From the IMG/VR virus record IMGVR_UViG_3300035199_000776: DNA of 64,000 nt; one strand, given 5' to 3'. A model generated the notes under the pieces. That model was given only the letters and a program-made list of their open reading frames with translations, was not told the DNA's origin and did not search any database. This document shows, in pieces, positions 17,808-29,423 of this stretch. Within the stretch, counting starts at the first letter, position 1; every line of letters begins with the position of its first letter. The position numbers were made by a program, and so were the translations under genes. The DNA comes from an uncultured virus (IMG/VR IMGVR_UViG_3300035199_000776). Taxonomy: Duplodnaviria; Heunggongvirae; Uroviricota; Caudoviricetes.

Positions 17808-20800
17808 TTAATCTTCATCGCCGCGGATGAGGGGGCCGCGTCCCCTAGTTATGCCGGCGTCCACGGTACCGCCACTAGTTTTGCCGGCTGAAACGTTGGA
17901 TATATCTTCGATGATAGTCGTGGATCCACGCGCCTTTTGTCGAGCGGCGCGGGACATGGTGCCGGCGGTGTCCGACACCTCGGGCGCTGTTACAATCATC
18001 CCCCTTGTATCAGTTAGGCCTGAAGTTCTTCCACTAGAGAAGCCTACAGACGATTCAAGTTGCGCTAGCTCAACCATACTAAAAAAGTCATAGGGCCAGT
18101 TATAATTAAATACTGGAAGGTTCAAATTACTGTCTCTCCCCAGTACTTTCTTATAATCCGTTTTAGCTTTTTGTTTCACCTTAAATACCATCCATTTTAA
18201 ATTAGTTGGTAGATCTATATAAAAGTTACTGATATCTCCTGGTTCGCGAGATTTTCCTAATAGTTCGTCGCTCAAAAGTGGATGTGATATTTCCGCTTGT
18301 GCTTTTTCAAACTTAACGCCTAGTTCCGGCATAACATTTTGCCAGATATGAGATAGATCATCGCGATCAAATGTGTGTTCGAACTCAAAGAGATACATTG
18401 CTATTGGTTCTTGATCTTCGAAAGTTATACAATCAAATTGCGGAGGAAAGTTATATTTACTCATCTTTTGAATTTGTTGGCCAACTGAATTATTTAATAA
18501 TCTACTCTTTTCTTCGTCAGTTAGAGTACTCGATAAAGAGTCTAGTCCCAAGCGGCCCACACGAGTTTCATATGCTTCTGGGGAATCAAAATCGCCGATA
18601 TCTAATTGCACAGTTATGTCTTTACCCGACATTATATTTAAAATTGTATCAACACGGTCTCTGTCGATTTTAAAGAAGTCTTTATTGCCGTCAACTTCAA
18701 CAAAAGGAATAGCCACAATTGCTTCGCTTACTTTCTTTTGTCTCGAAATTTCTCCTAACCTGACTGGTTCTGACGGGAACCCACAGATTTCGCTTAAAGG
18801 GGGTGCCCATGGATTCTTACCCTGGCTATTCCTAAGTGTTCTGTAATCATTGAGGGCGATGTTGCTGCGATAGACACCGTATGCATTTCCGGCGTTGATA
18901 AGACCAACTCCTCCCAACGTTGCTTCGGTACCGATTACGCCGCTAGGATGGTTATCGAGCCAATTCGCCGGAATAGGACCAACCTGAAGATAAACTCCTT
19001 CTTTTTCATCTGGAATTTTACCAAATTGATGCCACATTCCTCGCGGGACAGAGGCAGATAGTTCTCCATTGGGATAGTATACATCTCCGGCTTCGGCCAA
19101 GTGAGCAAAATTAAGCATAGGTGTTTCATATTTGAGTTCAATAGACCACCTCTTCTTACCGTTTTCGTCTTCTATAATTTTAAAAGCATCGATACTAGCA
19201 TCTAATTGCATTGAGTTGCTATTAACATTTCCATCGCGCATAATTAAATCAGTACCAGGATTTACTCCTGCTTCTTTATCAAATCTCCAATTCTTTGTAA
19301 ACATTCCATCTTGCCTATGTAGATAATTTTGAATGTTAGGATCGGGAAAAACATGTAAAGCGTTTTCGTTCAAATTTCTGACTGATAAACTAGGCTTATA
19401 TGGCTCAACAAGCATACTAGCAGAAGTAAAGCTCGTGCCGTGTGGTAAAAATATAATATCCATCCAAGATTCGCCGTAATAATATGGAGGAGTAAAAGCT
19501 GTATTATAGCCTCTATGAGAGTCATACGCTCCAGAAAATACAGTTGTTGTTGCTGTATTTCTACCGAGCGCGGAAACGGGTGGCCCAAAAGCTGTTGGCC
19601 TAGAATACATTGTGAAATTTTCACGAGGGATTGAGCCGGCGCCGATTGTAAAAGAAGCGGTGAGTGCGGCTTGGGTACTATCCGTTTGGGCTGCTATCAC
19701 TTCTGTGATATCTGTTAACAGAGTATTACTCACAAAGAAGAATTCGTTTAATCCATCAGTGCTGTTCGGGGAGGAACTTTCGGAAACTTCTAACGTTATG
19801 ACGTCATCAAGATCGGTGCCTTCTACTCTCACCACGCCGAACTCTCCATATACGCCTTCGGCGCATGCGTCCTTTGCAACAGACGTATCAATTATATCAC
19901 TCCAATCTATGAAGACCGGGCCCTCGTATGTAGCCTTATAGTTCGTATTAAGATTAATAACGCTGGCTAAGTTAGTCATCGTTGTCTCTAATTGATGCAA
20001 CCCGAGGCCGCTGGATTCTGTCGCAAGTTGAAAACTACCGGTGGTTGGTTCCCCGGGCCATGCCGTAGAATCGTTTGTGTTGAGAGAACTCCCTGTTAAA
20101 GTATATGCTCCAGTATCTGACCCTGTAAAGTAGAAGGAAGCGGTGAGATCGCTATTCCAATTCAAGTCTGTATCTGGCGCGGCTGGATTTGTTGAACACA
20201 AGCCCTCTCGGTCGCCGTGGACACCGCCAAAGGTGGGGGTACCCTGAACTAGCCCCATATTCAAATAGATAAAGCCCAGCGGCGGCTTAACTTGCACGGG
20301 AGGAACAAGCTGAGGGACGGGGAAATCTCCCCAAGAACCAGAAATTGGCTGTAAAGTATCCAGAGACCTATACATACGTATACGCATGCCGTAAGGCTCG
20401 CCCGGGCGGACTGTCCCAAATTCATCTTCTGGTTTGGAAAGTATGCGGGTTGGGCGCCTGTTCGCCAAAAAGAAGTCTTGCGTTTCAGCCAAGAAGTTAT
20501 TAATCATATATGTATAAAGATTATTCTTGGTAATAAGATTAATTTTATTTCTTAATCTAGAAGCGGTGTCGCTCGTATTAGAGATTATACTTGCTCGACT
20601 CATCGGCTCGTTATCAACGATTGTTAATTTATCTAGATAGTTTTCTGGTTCGTATATAGCTTCGAAGGGCAACCTTGCGCTAAAAGAACTGCTTAGGCCA
20701 GTATACGAATCCGTCGATAATCGATCAAGGTTACGCGACACAGTGTTATAGCTGGCTGTGAATATTGGGTAATCGACTGCGAGACCAGATTTGATTGTGT

Positions 20801-23800
20801 TGTAAAGAATTCCCGGTGCGAAAAGAGTCTGTAATACCGGCCTTAATTGATTTGTATCTGAAATAACGCTTAAGCCACCGGTAGTCTCAAATGAGCCTTC
20901 GTAGGACTTAAAGAACTGTTGAGCAATCTCAACAGTTCTTTCGGCAGGATAAAAGCCGTTATAAGGCAAAAACTTTTTGTAGGCATTACAGCGAAGAGTA
21001 AATGTATCATTTATTAGGCCGTCGGTGGTGGCTACATCGCCGCGGATAACTTCAAAATATTTCATAAAATCAGTATTAGAAAACACTGTATAAAAATCGT
21101 TTTGGCTGCTGTTGATTGGCGTTATGCTTGAAGTAGATTGTACTATCCGCGCAAAATCGGCCAAGTTAACAACATCGTTATCTTTTCCTATAAAGTCAGA
21201 CCTTCTATATTCAGGTATAATGGTATAATCTTTTGCTTTTATACTAATGTCGTGCGCATATTCCTCATATGAATCATAAAAGGGCTTTCTGGGGCTTATA
21301 ACGAAGTTAGTTGTAATTGAGCCATCAGAAGAAGCTGTGGATACCGTTTTCCCAGCTTGGTCTCCTGTTTCCCATTTTGCTTGGCCGGAGCCGATGAATG
21401 ATTCGTTTAATTTATTTGCGGCGCCGTCTTGGAAATCACTGATTTTGAGGCCCCCACTCAATTCAATATCAATACCATTCAGAGAGACAACTGACCGAAT
21501 AGAAGTAACCATTTGTGGTCTGTTATAAGTTGGCTCGACTCTTAATATAGAAGCGGTGACGTTTTTGTTAGATTTGGTATCATATCTGTTAAATGTAGTA
21601 TAATTTTGTAAAATGCCGGAGTAGCCAAAGGGATCTTCGTTTATAATCACCGGTGAGCCGCGGCCTGTGGAGCCATCGGTATCCTTAAAAACTATAGCAA
21701 AATCTGAAAATTCTGGGTATACATCCAGATCCCACGACGATCTCCCCATACCGAACCCTGATCTAACTGCTGATATATTTTTTTGTGAGGCTCCTTCGAG
21801 TTGTCTATTTTCCGCAGTGTCTCGCCAAAAGTTATTTCTAAAACCAGCTCTTTGTCTAACTTTAGCCAAATATATATTTTCTTCTCTCGGCCAAACAATT
21901 TCTTTATAAATCATTTCCTTTGCCACAAAGTCGCCGTCTTGACTTTGAATATACAAATTATTAACAAGATCAAGCGCGGTTTCGTTATTGTTCTTAAGAT
22001 CGAGTTTTAGATTATCACTTTCTCTAGAAAGATAAATCTTTTCATTGCCGTGTTCTGCGAATAATTGATTGTTAGTGTATACTCCATGCCCTCCAGCCGT
22101 GTCTCCGTCAATAGAATCAATACTTACCTCGATTGGTGGATATTTTGAAGTCAAAACAGATTGGGTGAAGATAACAGTAGCACCAAACTTATTTCTAAGC
22201 ACTTGGCCGATATCATTTGTGAATATATTACCGGGCTGTGGAGTATAGGTAAAGAGATTATTTTTACGATAGTGCCTCCCCAACTGCCCCTGACCGACTC
22301 TGATTTGTTTCCAAGTTGGATATCCATAAGGGCCATTGCGATGTGTTATAATATTATTCAAAGACCAAGCTTGAACGTCCAATGGAACGCCGGGGCCTGA
22401 ATATTCGGGCCTCGTCGCTACCTTTTGCAAAAAGCTACCGGTACTGATGGTGTTGATCGCCGGGGCCTCACCGAGCTTACCCCAGTTATAATATCCCAAT
22501 ACATCAAATGATAGTGAATATCCAAGCGTGAAACTAGAAGCGTCTGTGGGCTCTACTATGGTCGTATTTATGCCGGCAAAATCTGTGGGGACAAAGCCGG
22601 AAGTGTAATCGTTTTGAAGCAGCGGCCGCCGATTGTCGCCATTTTTCATAGCAGAGCCCAGTTCACTAGCGCTTAAAAAGGTAATTTCGTCAACGCGGCC
22701 GGCAGATGTTGATACAAATCCGTCTTGTGATTGATAAGAAAGAATATTCGAGGAAATATAAGAAGCAGTAATCCAGGCATACTGAAATTCTGAGCCTGGA
22801 ATATTTGAAGCCACATACGCATTATCATATACTTTTTTCGTGCGGCCGGGATCTAATAAAGTTCCAGTACTAAAATCAACGCTAGAAGTTTGGTAAGCAA
22901 CTCGGCGGGGGTTTCTGTTGATTTTATAAAAACTAGCCGTCGCATTACCAACACCGTATAAAGAAGATGAACCTAGATAGTTTGCACTGGTTACAGTATT
23001 TGAATTACCAAGTGCTATACCCGGATACCCATCTGAGCCGCTGCTGAAAAATCCACCGTAATTTGAATGATTAGGTAAAATAGCTCTATTAAAAGGCCGT
23101 CGAACCGAAAGGTTTCTGTAATTAAGATTATTATAAGGACTAAATTCTGCTGATTCCCAATCTAAACCGGCGCCGCCTTGATTATCGCCGGCCACTTCTG
23201 GACCACCAGGGGCGCTGAAACGGCTGACGATAACATGTTGGGTCGAGGCTGCTGCTTGATCTGGAAGGACTTCGCCGCGGTGACGAGAACGAACTATCTT
23301 TGTATAATCGGCGGCGCCTGTAATATAAGTTGAGACTATGCTGCCTGTATTTGTACTAAACCCATCATTATAAACAAAGACGTGGTTATTAGTATCCCGG
23401 CCGGATAACAATAGAATTTCGCTGGCGCGTTGATAATTGCCGAGTATAAATGAGCCGGTAGTTGTTTTAATATTTTTTATACTTACTGGTCTTTTGGCAT
23501 GTTCGTCTCTTATGCGCGTAGCGTAAGGCAAGTCTGCATTATAAGTATTCAGGTCCGAGCCATATGCTTGCGGAACCGCGAAAAATAAATAGTCATAACT
23601 AGTATATGATATTTTGAATCCTTCTGCACGAGATTCTATTGTATCCAAAGACCTATCAGATGTAGAGCGATTCATATCCTGATGGCGCCACTGTAAGCCG
23701 CCAACATGAGCTTCTGTGTATGGACCTTGCATCGATATATCTAGACTATCAATAATATCTAGATGCATATTTTGTATGCCTATCTGAACAGTTTTTCCTA

Positions 23801-26800
23801 CATTAAATGTTTGGTATCCAGTTTCTACTGAAGAGCTTACAATAGTGCCTGGAAAAATAAACTCAGTCTTATATTCCGGTGTAGTAGTCGAAGGCGTAAT
23901 AATATATGTTGAAAAAGATCTTTTGGGTTTAGTATTAAGTTCCGAGTCGTCTGACGGGAAAACTTGATTATCTGTAAGTGGCCAGCCGCTAGGGGAGCTT
24001 TGCCACCCTTCAATAAGGTTCCATATTCTTTTTTTATTGTCTTCTGTTAAGCGAACATCATGAAAAGAAGCAACTCTGTTTCTAAAAATTCCTATATTTT
24101 TTGCAAAATTAGAGTTCAGTCCGCCGTGTATTTGAACCTCTTTTTTATTGGCTTCTATTTTAGAAGTTAAAATTGTGCTGTCGGACGTATTATCGGGAAC
24201 ATAATATTTGTTTCCGCTATTGTCTCTTAAAGTTGAAATAAGTTTGGTGCTAACATTATTTTCTACGAGATTAAATCTTTGTCTGTTATTATCAACTGTT
24301 GTATCACCAGAAGTATTCCCGGGATCGGACGCCTTTGCTCTTCTATCCCACCATAAAGTATTTTGGCCCTGGTCGACGCTTCCGGGGACTGCGTGCCCAA
24401 ATTTCCAATTATAATCTAAAGTCTTTATACCTCGAACTCTAGCTTCTAAGGTAGGATCAACGAATCTTCTATTACCCTTATAATCCAAAATAGGGTATTG
24501 ATATCTAATTTTATTACGTTCTAATAAGTGACTTTCGATTAGATTTCTAACATTATTTTCAAAGTTGGCGGATTCAGGTAAAAGCTGTCTTACAAAATTA
24601 AGAATTGAGTCGTCGATCCACTTATAATATTCATAGAACTTGTTGAGATCAGTTAAAGAAGTTATTTTATCAAAGAAAAGTGTTCGTAACACTTCTAGCT
24701 TATCGTAATCATTGCGATAGTTAGCAGCAACCTCTCCAATAACATCGTTAAATACCCTGATACTACCAAAGAAATCTAGCATTTGTTTTGTAACAACAGC
24801 GTTGTAACTTTTCTCCAAAGCAAAATTCATGCTAAATATTCTAGGATCTTTTGTAAAAAGTTCGTCGTCTCTACTAAGAGCATTTATCATCTCGGAACTA
24901 TATACGATTTCCGGAGTTTGAAAGTCGGCGCCGAGCATGGGTTCGTTTTTAACGAAGCCTGTTGAACTAGAAGGAAATGAATAACCAGTAAATTCATATT
25001 GAGTGGCTACATTTGTTCCGATTTCCGGATATAGATTTCTTATATCTTCTGTGGTACCCGTCGACCCGGAAGAAAAGTCAACGACTAGAAAGTTTCCACC
25101 CGAATCAGAACCGGTGACTTTCTCAAAATCTATATTAAGTTCGAGCAAATTTATAGCGGGGATATAACTACCGGCGGCTGTTTGACCTCTTAACAAAAAC
25201 TCATTTCGTGTAGCTGTGGAGATACCAAAGTTTTGGCGATCTCGTGCGTGAACAGAAATTGTTTCGTTATCTAATAGTGTATTATAGTGTCTTAAATAAC
25301 CAACCTTTACATCTGTTTGTTCCTGAACTGTGCCGGAATAATTTTCCCTGTTAGCACCGATATAGTATCTCTTGCTAGAAGTCAATATTCTAGTGCCGTA
25401 AAGATCAGTTAAATTGCTCACTAGTTCAAAACTATTTTTGATATAATAACCTTCTGTATTATATCCTCTCAGAGACAGCTTGTGTTGAACGGTAGTTGAG
25501 CCACTTATGGCGTCAGATCCGCTCCCAGCATAGCCAAATTTATCGTTATAAACAGAAGCGGCAAAAGTCCATTCGTTATTATCATAAACTTCTTTATAAA
25601 GGCTAGAAGTAAAAAGAGTCGTTCCGCCGCGATTTATAATCGCAAAATAAGCATCTTTAGAATTTTTATCTGGCCTAATGGCCTGTAATTGAAAATTCTT
25701 ATCATCCGATGCAACACTGGGCCAATCGAACCCGTCGGCGTCTGTGGCGATATGTAAACCAAATATAGAAGAAGTTATAAAACTAGTTTCGAAGTAGCCT
25801 GGGTCACCTGCCTCTAGTTTTCGTGGGAATACCACGTTTACTTCGGAAGTAAAAGCGCCCCTATTATTCATGGTGCCGGATATATAGCTTCTATCCCTTG
25901 TATTCGCGTTGGAAGAAGCAGATTGAAAAATAGTAGAATCAAATGTCGTAGAGTTATAAAAATTAATATATTTTTTCTTCTCGGTATTGTTTACAAACCT
26001 ATTCTCAAAAGCAAAAGTATTATTATTTGAATGAGCATTAAGTTTAAGAACGCTTTCGGGCAATCCAATGCACCTTAATAGGTTTCTTACAGACTTTTCA
26101 GTTCCCTTTGACTTATAAAGATAAATAAGATTATTATAGATGTGCTTATAAATTTGATTCTTAACTTCATTAATATCTAAATCAAATTCTCTATTCTCAT
26201 TTCTATTCGCGAAATACTCCAAGAACGTTTGGTCGATAAAGACCTCATCAGTATCAAACCCATAACTTTGAAGAATTCTATCATTATATGGAAAAGTCTT
26301 TGAGCCGGATACTGAAGCAGAAATAGCAGTAGGGATCCCATATGAAACATTTTGAAATCTATTATACTCTTTTGTTTGTAGATAAAATTGATCAAAAGTA
26401 TTGCCCATAATCTGCATTAGTTTTTTTACATTTCCATCAGAATCTTCGTCTTCATCTACAATCCAGGCCGGAAGCGTTCTATAAAGATAGGATGAATTTT
26501 GATCATCATGAACAGTGCCGCTTGTGATCAAGCTATTGAGAGTTGATATATAATCCGCATGTGTCTTGTATACTATAGGATCTTTAAACTCTTTCGTGGC
26601 TTTTCCAGACAAGACCATAGCAGATCCAGTATTTCTAGCCGTAGATCCCGGGTAACCCACCCAAATACCGTTTGTTATTCTTCCGGAATAATCCAACACA
26701 ACTGAATCGGTCGAGGTATTTGTTGTTATCCCTTCGTTGAATTTGTAGTAAACGCCAAGTTCAGTATTGGCGATGTCTGTATTTGTGCCGCCGCCAACTT

Positions 26801-27914
26801 GAGACCAGTAGAACTTTCCTATCTCCTCTTCTGTTCTTCGTGTTTTCCAGTACCGAAATTCGTCTATAGAGGCAGAGAGCTTGCCGGCGCTGGCCAAGGC
26901 AGCGGATCCGGATGGCGATGTTATAAGGGCGCCAATTCGGGCTTGTAGAGCACCGGTAACTTCGGACTGATCAAGAATTGAACTAACAACACTATCGGCG
27001 AAGGTACCATCTCTATAAGCTTTAATCGTTGTTGTTCCGGAATCATTCTTGAAAGTAAAAGCGTAATGATGCCAGTTTCCATCAGCAACAGTGGCTGTCG
27101 TTTGTGTGATTACCGGTGCTCCAGAATCAAGATAAGTCTGGACACCCATTGTGCCGGAGTATGCATTCAAATTCCATGGTTTGGTGCCGTCGCTGGTGCC
27201 GGAGAGGAACAAAGTAAACCGGCCGTAACCAGCGCTAGAAGAGGCTTCTCCATTCCACAGATCGAAGACCACTTCCTTGTTTGTCGAGCCGGTAATCCAA
27301 GCATCTTTTTTGAGCCAGAACTCGACCGAAAACCCTTGGGGGGGATCAAGTTTAAGATTATTGCCCCGCGTACCAACTCGGCCGAGGGCTTGAACACCGG
27401 CATCGGAGTATATATTAGATTGATATAGGTTTGAGCCCGTAAAAGTAGACGCAAGAGGATTAGTAATCATACCACCGGAGGCAGTATTCATTGTGCCTCT
27501 GAGTGATATATATTCTTCGTCGTCGGGCGAACCGTAGCCGTCAACGATTCCTTGGGCGGAGGATCCCCACCCATCCGAAGAAAATATAACATAGCCATTT
27601 GTTCTTGGGTAGAGATTATCTAAGATATGTAAATCAATATACGAAGAACTGTTTAAAAATTCAGTTCTCTCTTTTAACGAGCCATCATAAGGATATCTAT
27701 CGGCGATGTTTTCCATTGCGCTGCGATAGTATTCTTCGGCAGATCCAAAGAAAGCGAAGTTGGACGCACTAGTAAAATCGATTTGCGGAATAAATCGGTT
27801 TTTCTTTATAATTTGTTGTCTGGCGTTATCGGAAGACTCGATATCTACGAACTTTTCTTCTAAATTAGTGCTCGAAAGAATCTTTTTGCTTCCGAATAAA
27901 TCACGAGTGGACAT
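17808..27914 (-). CDS. Giant baseplate-associated protein (~3368 aa) with LamG/concanavalin-like domain(s) and gp7/P2-I-like wedge motif
   Basis: FSVEFWLK...DGNWHHYAFT...SIDEFRYWK (LamG-like); IYNNLIYLYKSKGTEKSVRNLLRCIG wedge-type KGT motif; start set at ATG 27914 with GAGG RBS. Confidence 0.7.
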   Translation of the reverse strand: MSTRDLFGSKKILSSTNLEEKFVDIESSDNARQQIIKKNRFIPQIDFTSASNFAFFGSAEEYYRSAMENIADRYPYDGSLKERTEFLNSSSYIDLHILDNLYPRTNGYVIFSSDGWGSSAQGIVDGYGSPDDEEYISLRGTMNTASGGMITNPLASTFTGSNLYQSNIYSDAGVQALGRVGTRGNNLKLDPPQGFSVEFWLKKDAWITGSTNKEVVFDLWNGEASSSAGYGRFTLFLSGTSDGTKPWNLNAYSGTMGVQTYLDSGAPVITQTTATVADGNWHHYAFTFKNDSGTTTIKAYRDGTFADSVVSSILDQSEVTGALQARIGALITSPSGSAALASAGKLSASIDEFRYWKTRRTEEEIGKFYWSQVGGGTNTDIANTELGVYYKFNEGITTNTSTDSVVLDYSGRITNGIWVGYPGSTARNTGSAMVLSGKATKEFKDPIVYKTHADYISTLNSLITSGTVHDDQNSSYLYRTLPAWIVDEDEDSDGNVKKLMQIMGNTFDQFYLQTKEYNRFQNVSYGIPTAISASVSGSKTFPYNDRILQSYGFDTDEVFIDQTFLEYFANRNENREFDLDINEVKNQIYKHIYNNLIYLYKSKGTEKSVRNLLRCIGLPESVLKLNAHSNNNTFAFENRFVNNTEKKKYINFYNSTTFDSTIFQSASSNANTRDRSYISGTMNNRGAFTSEVNVVFPRKLEAGDPGYFETSFITSSIFGLHIATDADGFDWPSVASDDKNFQLQAIRPDKNSKDAYFAIINRGGTTLFTSSLYKEVYDNNEWTFAASVYNDKFGYAGSGSDAISGSTTVQHKLSLRGYNTEGYYIKNSFELVSNLTDLYGTRILTSSKRYYIGANRENYSGTVQEQTDVKVGYLRHYNTLLDNETISVHARDRQNFGISTATRNEFLLRGQTAAGSYIPAINLLELNIDFEKVTGSDSGGNFLVVDFSSGSTGTTEDIRNLYPEIGTNVATQYEFTGYSFPSSSTGFVKNEPMLGADFQTPEIVYSSEMINALSRDDELFTKDPRIFSMNFALEKSYNAVVTKQMLDFFGSIRVFNDVIGEVAANYRNDYDKLEVLRTLFFDKITSLTDLNKFYEYYKWIDDSILNFVRQLLPESANFENNVRNLIESHLLERNKIRYQYPILDYKGNRRFVDPTLEARVRGIKTLDYNWKFGHAVPGSVDQGQNTLWWDRRAKASDPGNTSGDTTVDNNRQRFNLVENNVSTKLISTLRDNSGNKYYVPDNTSDSTILTSKIEANKKEVQIHGGLNSNFAKNIGIFRNRVASFHDVRLTEDNKKRIWNLIEGWQSSPSGWPLTDNQVFPSDDSELNTKPKRSFSTYIITPSTTTPEYKTEFIFPGTIVSSSVETGYQTFNVGKTVQIGIQNMHLDIIDSLDISMQGPYTEAHVGGLQWRHQDMNRSTSDRSLDTIESRAEGFKISYTSYDYLFFAVPQAYGSDLNTYNADLPYATRIRDEHAKRPVSIKNIKTTTGSFILGNYQRASEILLLSGRDTNNHVFVYNDGFSTNTGSIVSTYITGAADYTKIVRSRHRGEVLPDQAAASTQHVIVSRFSAPGGPEVAGDNQGGAGLDWESAEFSPYNNLNYRNLSVRRPFNRAILPNHSNYGGFFSSGSDGYPGIALGNSNTVTSANYLGSSSLYGVGNATASFYKINRNPRRVAYQTSSVDFSTGTLLDPGRTKKVYDNAYVASNIPGSEFQYAWITASYISSNILSYQSQDGFVSTSAGRVDEITFLSASELGSAMKNGDNRRPLLQNDYTSGFVPTDFAGINTTIVEPTDASSFTLGYSLSFDVLGYYNWGKLGEAPAINTISTGSFLQKVATRPEYSGPGVPLDVQAWSLNNIITHRNGPYGYPTWKQIRVGQGQLGRHYRKNNLFTYTPQPGNIFTNDIGQVLRNKFGATVIFTQSVLTSKYPPIEVSIDSIDGDTAGGHGVYTNNQLFAEHGNEKIYLSRESDNLKLDLKNNNETALDLVNNLYIQSQDGDFVAKEMIYKEIVWPREENIYLAKVRQRAGFRNNFWRDTAENRQLEGASQKNISAVRSGFGMGRSSWDLDVYPEFSDFAIVFKDTDGSTGRGSPVIINEDPFGYSGILQNYTTFNRYDTKSNKNVTASILRVEPTYNRPQMVTSIRSVVSLNGIDIELSGGLKISDFQDGAANKLNESFIGSGQAKWETGDQAGKTVSTASSDGSITTNFVISPRKPFYDSYEEYAHDISIKAKDYTIIPEYRRSDFIGKDNDVVNLADFARIVQSTSSITPINSSQNDFYTVFSNTDFMKYFEVIRGDVATTDGLINDTFTLRCNAYKKFLPYNGFYPAERTVEIAQQFFKSYEGSFETTGGLSVISDTNQLRPVLQTLFAPGILYNTIKSGLAVDYPIFTASYNTVSRNLDRLSTDSYTGLSSSFSARLPFEAIYEPENYLDKLTIVDNEPMSRASIISNTSDTASRLRNKINLITKNNLYTYMINNFLAETQDFFLANRRPTRILSKPEDEFGTVRPGEPYGMRIRMYRSLDTLQPISGSWGDFPVPQLVPPVQVKPPLGFIYLNMGLVQGTPTFGGVHGDREGLCSTNPAAPDTDLNWNSDLTASFYFTGSDTGAYTLTGSSLNTNDSTAWPGEPTTGSFQLATESSGLGLHQLETTMTNLASVINLNTNYKATYEGPVFIDWSDIIDTSVAKDACAEGVYGEFGVVRVEGTDLDDVITLEVSESSSPNSTDGLNEFFFVSNTLLTDITEVIAAQTDSTQAALTASFTIGAGSIPRENFTMYSRPTAFGPPVSALGRNTATTTVFSGAYDSHRGYNTAFTPPYYYGESWMDIIFLPHGTSFTSASMLVEPYKPSLSVRNLNENALHVFPDPNIQNYLHRQDGMFTKNWRFDKEAGVNPGTDLIMRDGNVNSNSMQLDASIDAFKIIEDENGKKRWSIELKYETPMLNFAHLAEAGDVYYPNGELSASVPRGMWHQFGKIPDEKEGVYLQVGPIPANWLDNHPSGVIGTEATLGGVGLINAGNAYGVYRSNIALNDYRTLRNSQGKNPWAPPLSEICGFPSEPVRLGEISRQKKVSEAIVAIPFVEVDGNKDFFKIDRDRVDTILNIMSGKDITVQLDIGDFDSPEAYETRVGRLGLDSLSSTLTDEEKSRLLNNSVGQQIQKMSKYNFPPQFDCITFEDQEPIAMYLFEFEHTFDRDDLSHIWQNVMPELGVKFEKAQAEISHPLLSDELLGKSREPGDISNFYIDLPTNLKWMVFKVKQKAKTDYKKVLGRDSNLNLPVFNYNWPYDFFSMVELAQLESSVGFSSGRTSGLTDTRGMIVTAPEVSDTAGTMSRAARQKARGSTTIIEDISNVSAGKTSGGTVDAGITRGRGPLIRGDED

Positions 27915-27932
27915 ATTCAACCTCTATAATAA

Positions 27933-29423
27933 TTACTCTGTCTGTCTCTTTTCAACTCTAAATCTAAATAGTTCTGGCTGAATTTCCCAATCACTAACAT
28001 ATTCGTTATAATGAGCCAGTTGAAGTGCGTATGCATAGTCGGGCTCCAACATGGACATGTCTAGGTCAAAATAATTACCAGATATATCATAGGAGGCTAA
28101 GGTGTGTAAATCGGATCCTGTGCCGAACGGAATAACTAATAAATCGTCGATAATTCTATGAATTGCGTAGCTAGAACTAACAACGATACTAGTCTGTGGA
28201 ACAGATTTCGCCACTGTATAAATATTAGGACTCCAATCTCTTAGTCTGGAATATACTCTTAGCTGCGCTGTTTCATCTGTGAAATATTTTGGTTTTAAGT
28301 TGATTATTTTGTTTAGATGTCGTTGATTATAGGCATTATCGTTGGTCGAAAAAATTTGCGGCGTGATTGAGCCGGTGCTGTATTGCGTGCTTCCACTTAA
28401 CCATACATCGAAAAGTTTTGTTAAAGGTGTCGAAGCAGCGGTCAAAGCAAAACTTGCCGAATAAATACCAGTCGAAACATGGCCGCCCGTAACAAATGTT
28501 GGGGATCCCGCGGCGACGTGTGTTCCATCGGCAACTAAAGTCAAAGCAGAGCCGGTAGGTGCAGTAGAGCCGGAATAAATTGAAACGTATATATTGCCTG
28601 TGTCTATTGAGGGGATATTTATTAATCTCCCTCTGATCCTGTTGTAGAGATAAATAGTGTTTAAATTATCGGCCGCTGGTGCTAGCGAGCTAGAATAGTA
28701 AAAATCGGCCCTATTATCATGGCGAGCAGCGTTAAACCGAGCTTCAAGTGATGGCCTTTTAAAAAAGAACTCGGATGTTCTAGCGAAAAACTTCTTTGTA
28801 TAGTATGAGCGTGTTGTTGAGTCTTCTTCTGACGATGTTAGGAATACACCAAAACCATAATTTGTTTTTGTGTCGGCTAGCCATTGCTCTACCAACGTGG
28901 TAACATTAATTTCCAAGTCTTCAATTCCCGTATCGAAGGTTTGAGTAAATACTGGAGTGGTATGATAATCACCACCTTCCGTATCCCATGCGTGATCGCC
29001 GGCCGAACGAGAAGCAATCCTGTTGGTCCAATTGGAGGCCTCTAAATCAGAATAATTTTCCATGTCTAAACCAGTGCCCTCAGTCCAAGACTGCGATACT
29101 GCTTGGGCCACTAGAGTAAAAGCTTTTGGGACTGTCTGGCCGTGTTTCGCGTTATAAAGTCTGAGGTAGAAGTTAACTGAGCCAGAGGCGGGAATAACGT
29201 TGTTGGTTCTGTCTGTTGTAATATCACTTATTGGAAATTTTATTAAAGTTCTGGTTTTTTCGTTACTTAGGCCCGAAGAGGAGGATGCTTGAGCATAGAT
29301 AGAAAACACTTCTAAAATATCGGAGGCGCCCATATTTGAAGCAGTACCTCGCTTGGTGAGATTGGCTTTGAACGCATTCGTAATAGTATTATCAGCGTCG
29401 GCTTTGTACCTTTTAATTCCCAT
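27933..29423 (-). CDS. Structural protein with DNRLRE/disaggregatase-repeat-like N-terminal domain
   Basis: RTLIKF...YLRLY...SQSWTEGTG...NW...WDTEGGD...INVTTLVEQW...NYGF pattern. Confidence 0.6.
   Translation of the reverse strand: MGIKRYKADADNTITNAFKANLTKRGTASNMGASDILEVFSIYAQASSSSGLSNEKTRTLIKFPISDITTDRTNNVIPASGSVNFYLRLYNAKHGQTVPKAFTLVAQAVSQSWTEGTGLDMENYSDLEASNWTNRIASRSAGDHAWDTEGGDYHTTPVFTQTFDTGIEDLEINVTTLVEQWLADTKTNYGFGVFLTSSEEDSTTRSYYTKKFFARTSEFFFKRPSLEARFNAARHDNRADFYYSSSLAPAADNLNTIYLYNRIRGRLINIPSIDTGNIYVSIYSGSTAPTGSALTLVADGTHVAAGSPTFVTGGHVSTGIYSASFALTAASTPLTKLFDVWLSGSTQYSTGSITPQIFSTNDNAYNQRHLNKIINLKPKYFTDETAQLRVYSRLRDWSPNIYTVAKSVPQTSIVVSSSYAIHRIIDDLLVIPFGTGSDLHTLASYDISGNYFDLDMSMLEPDYAYALQLAHYNEYVSDWEIQPELFRFRVEKRQTE
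27963..27973 (-). promoter_or_regulatory. Putative late promoter AACTATTTAGA in the 3' end of the upstream gene
   Basis: About 50 nt upstream of the giant protein start; matches the ACTATTTA core. Confidence 0.4.
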
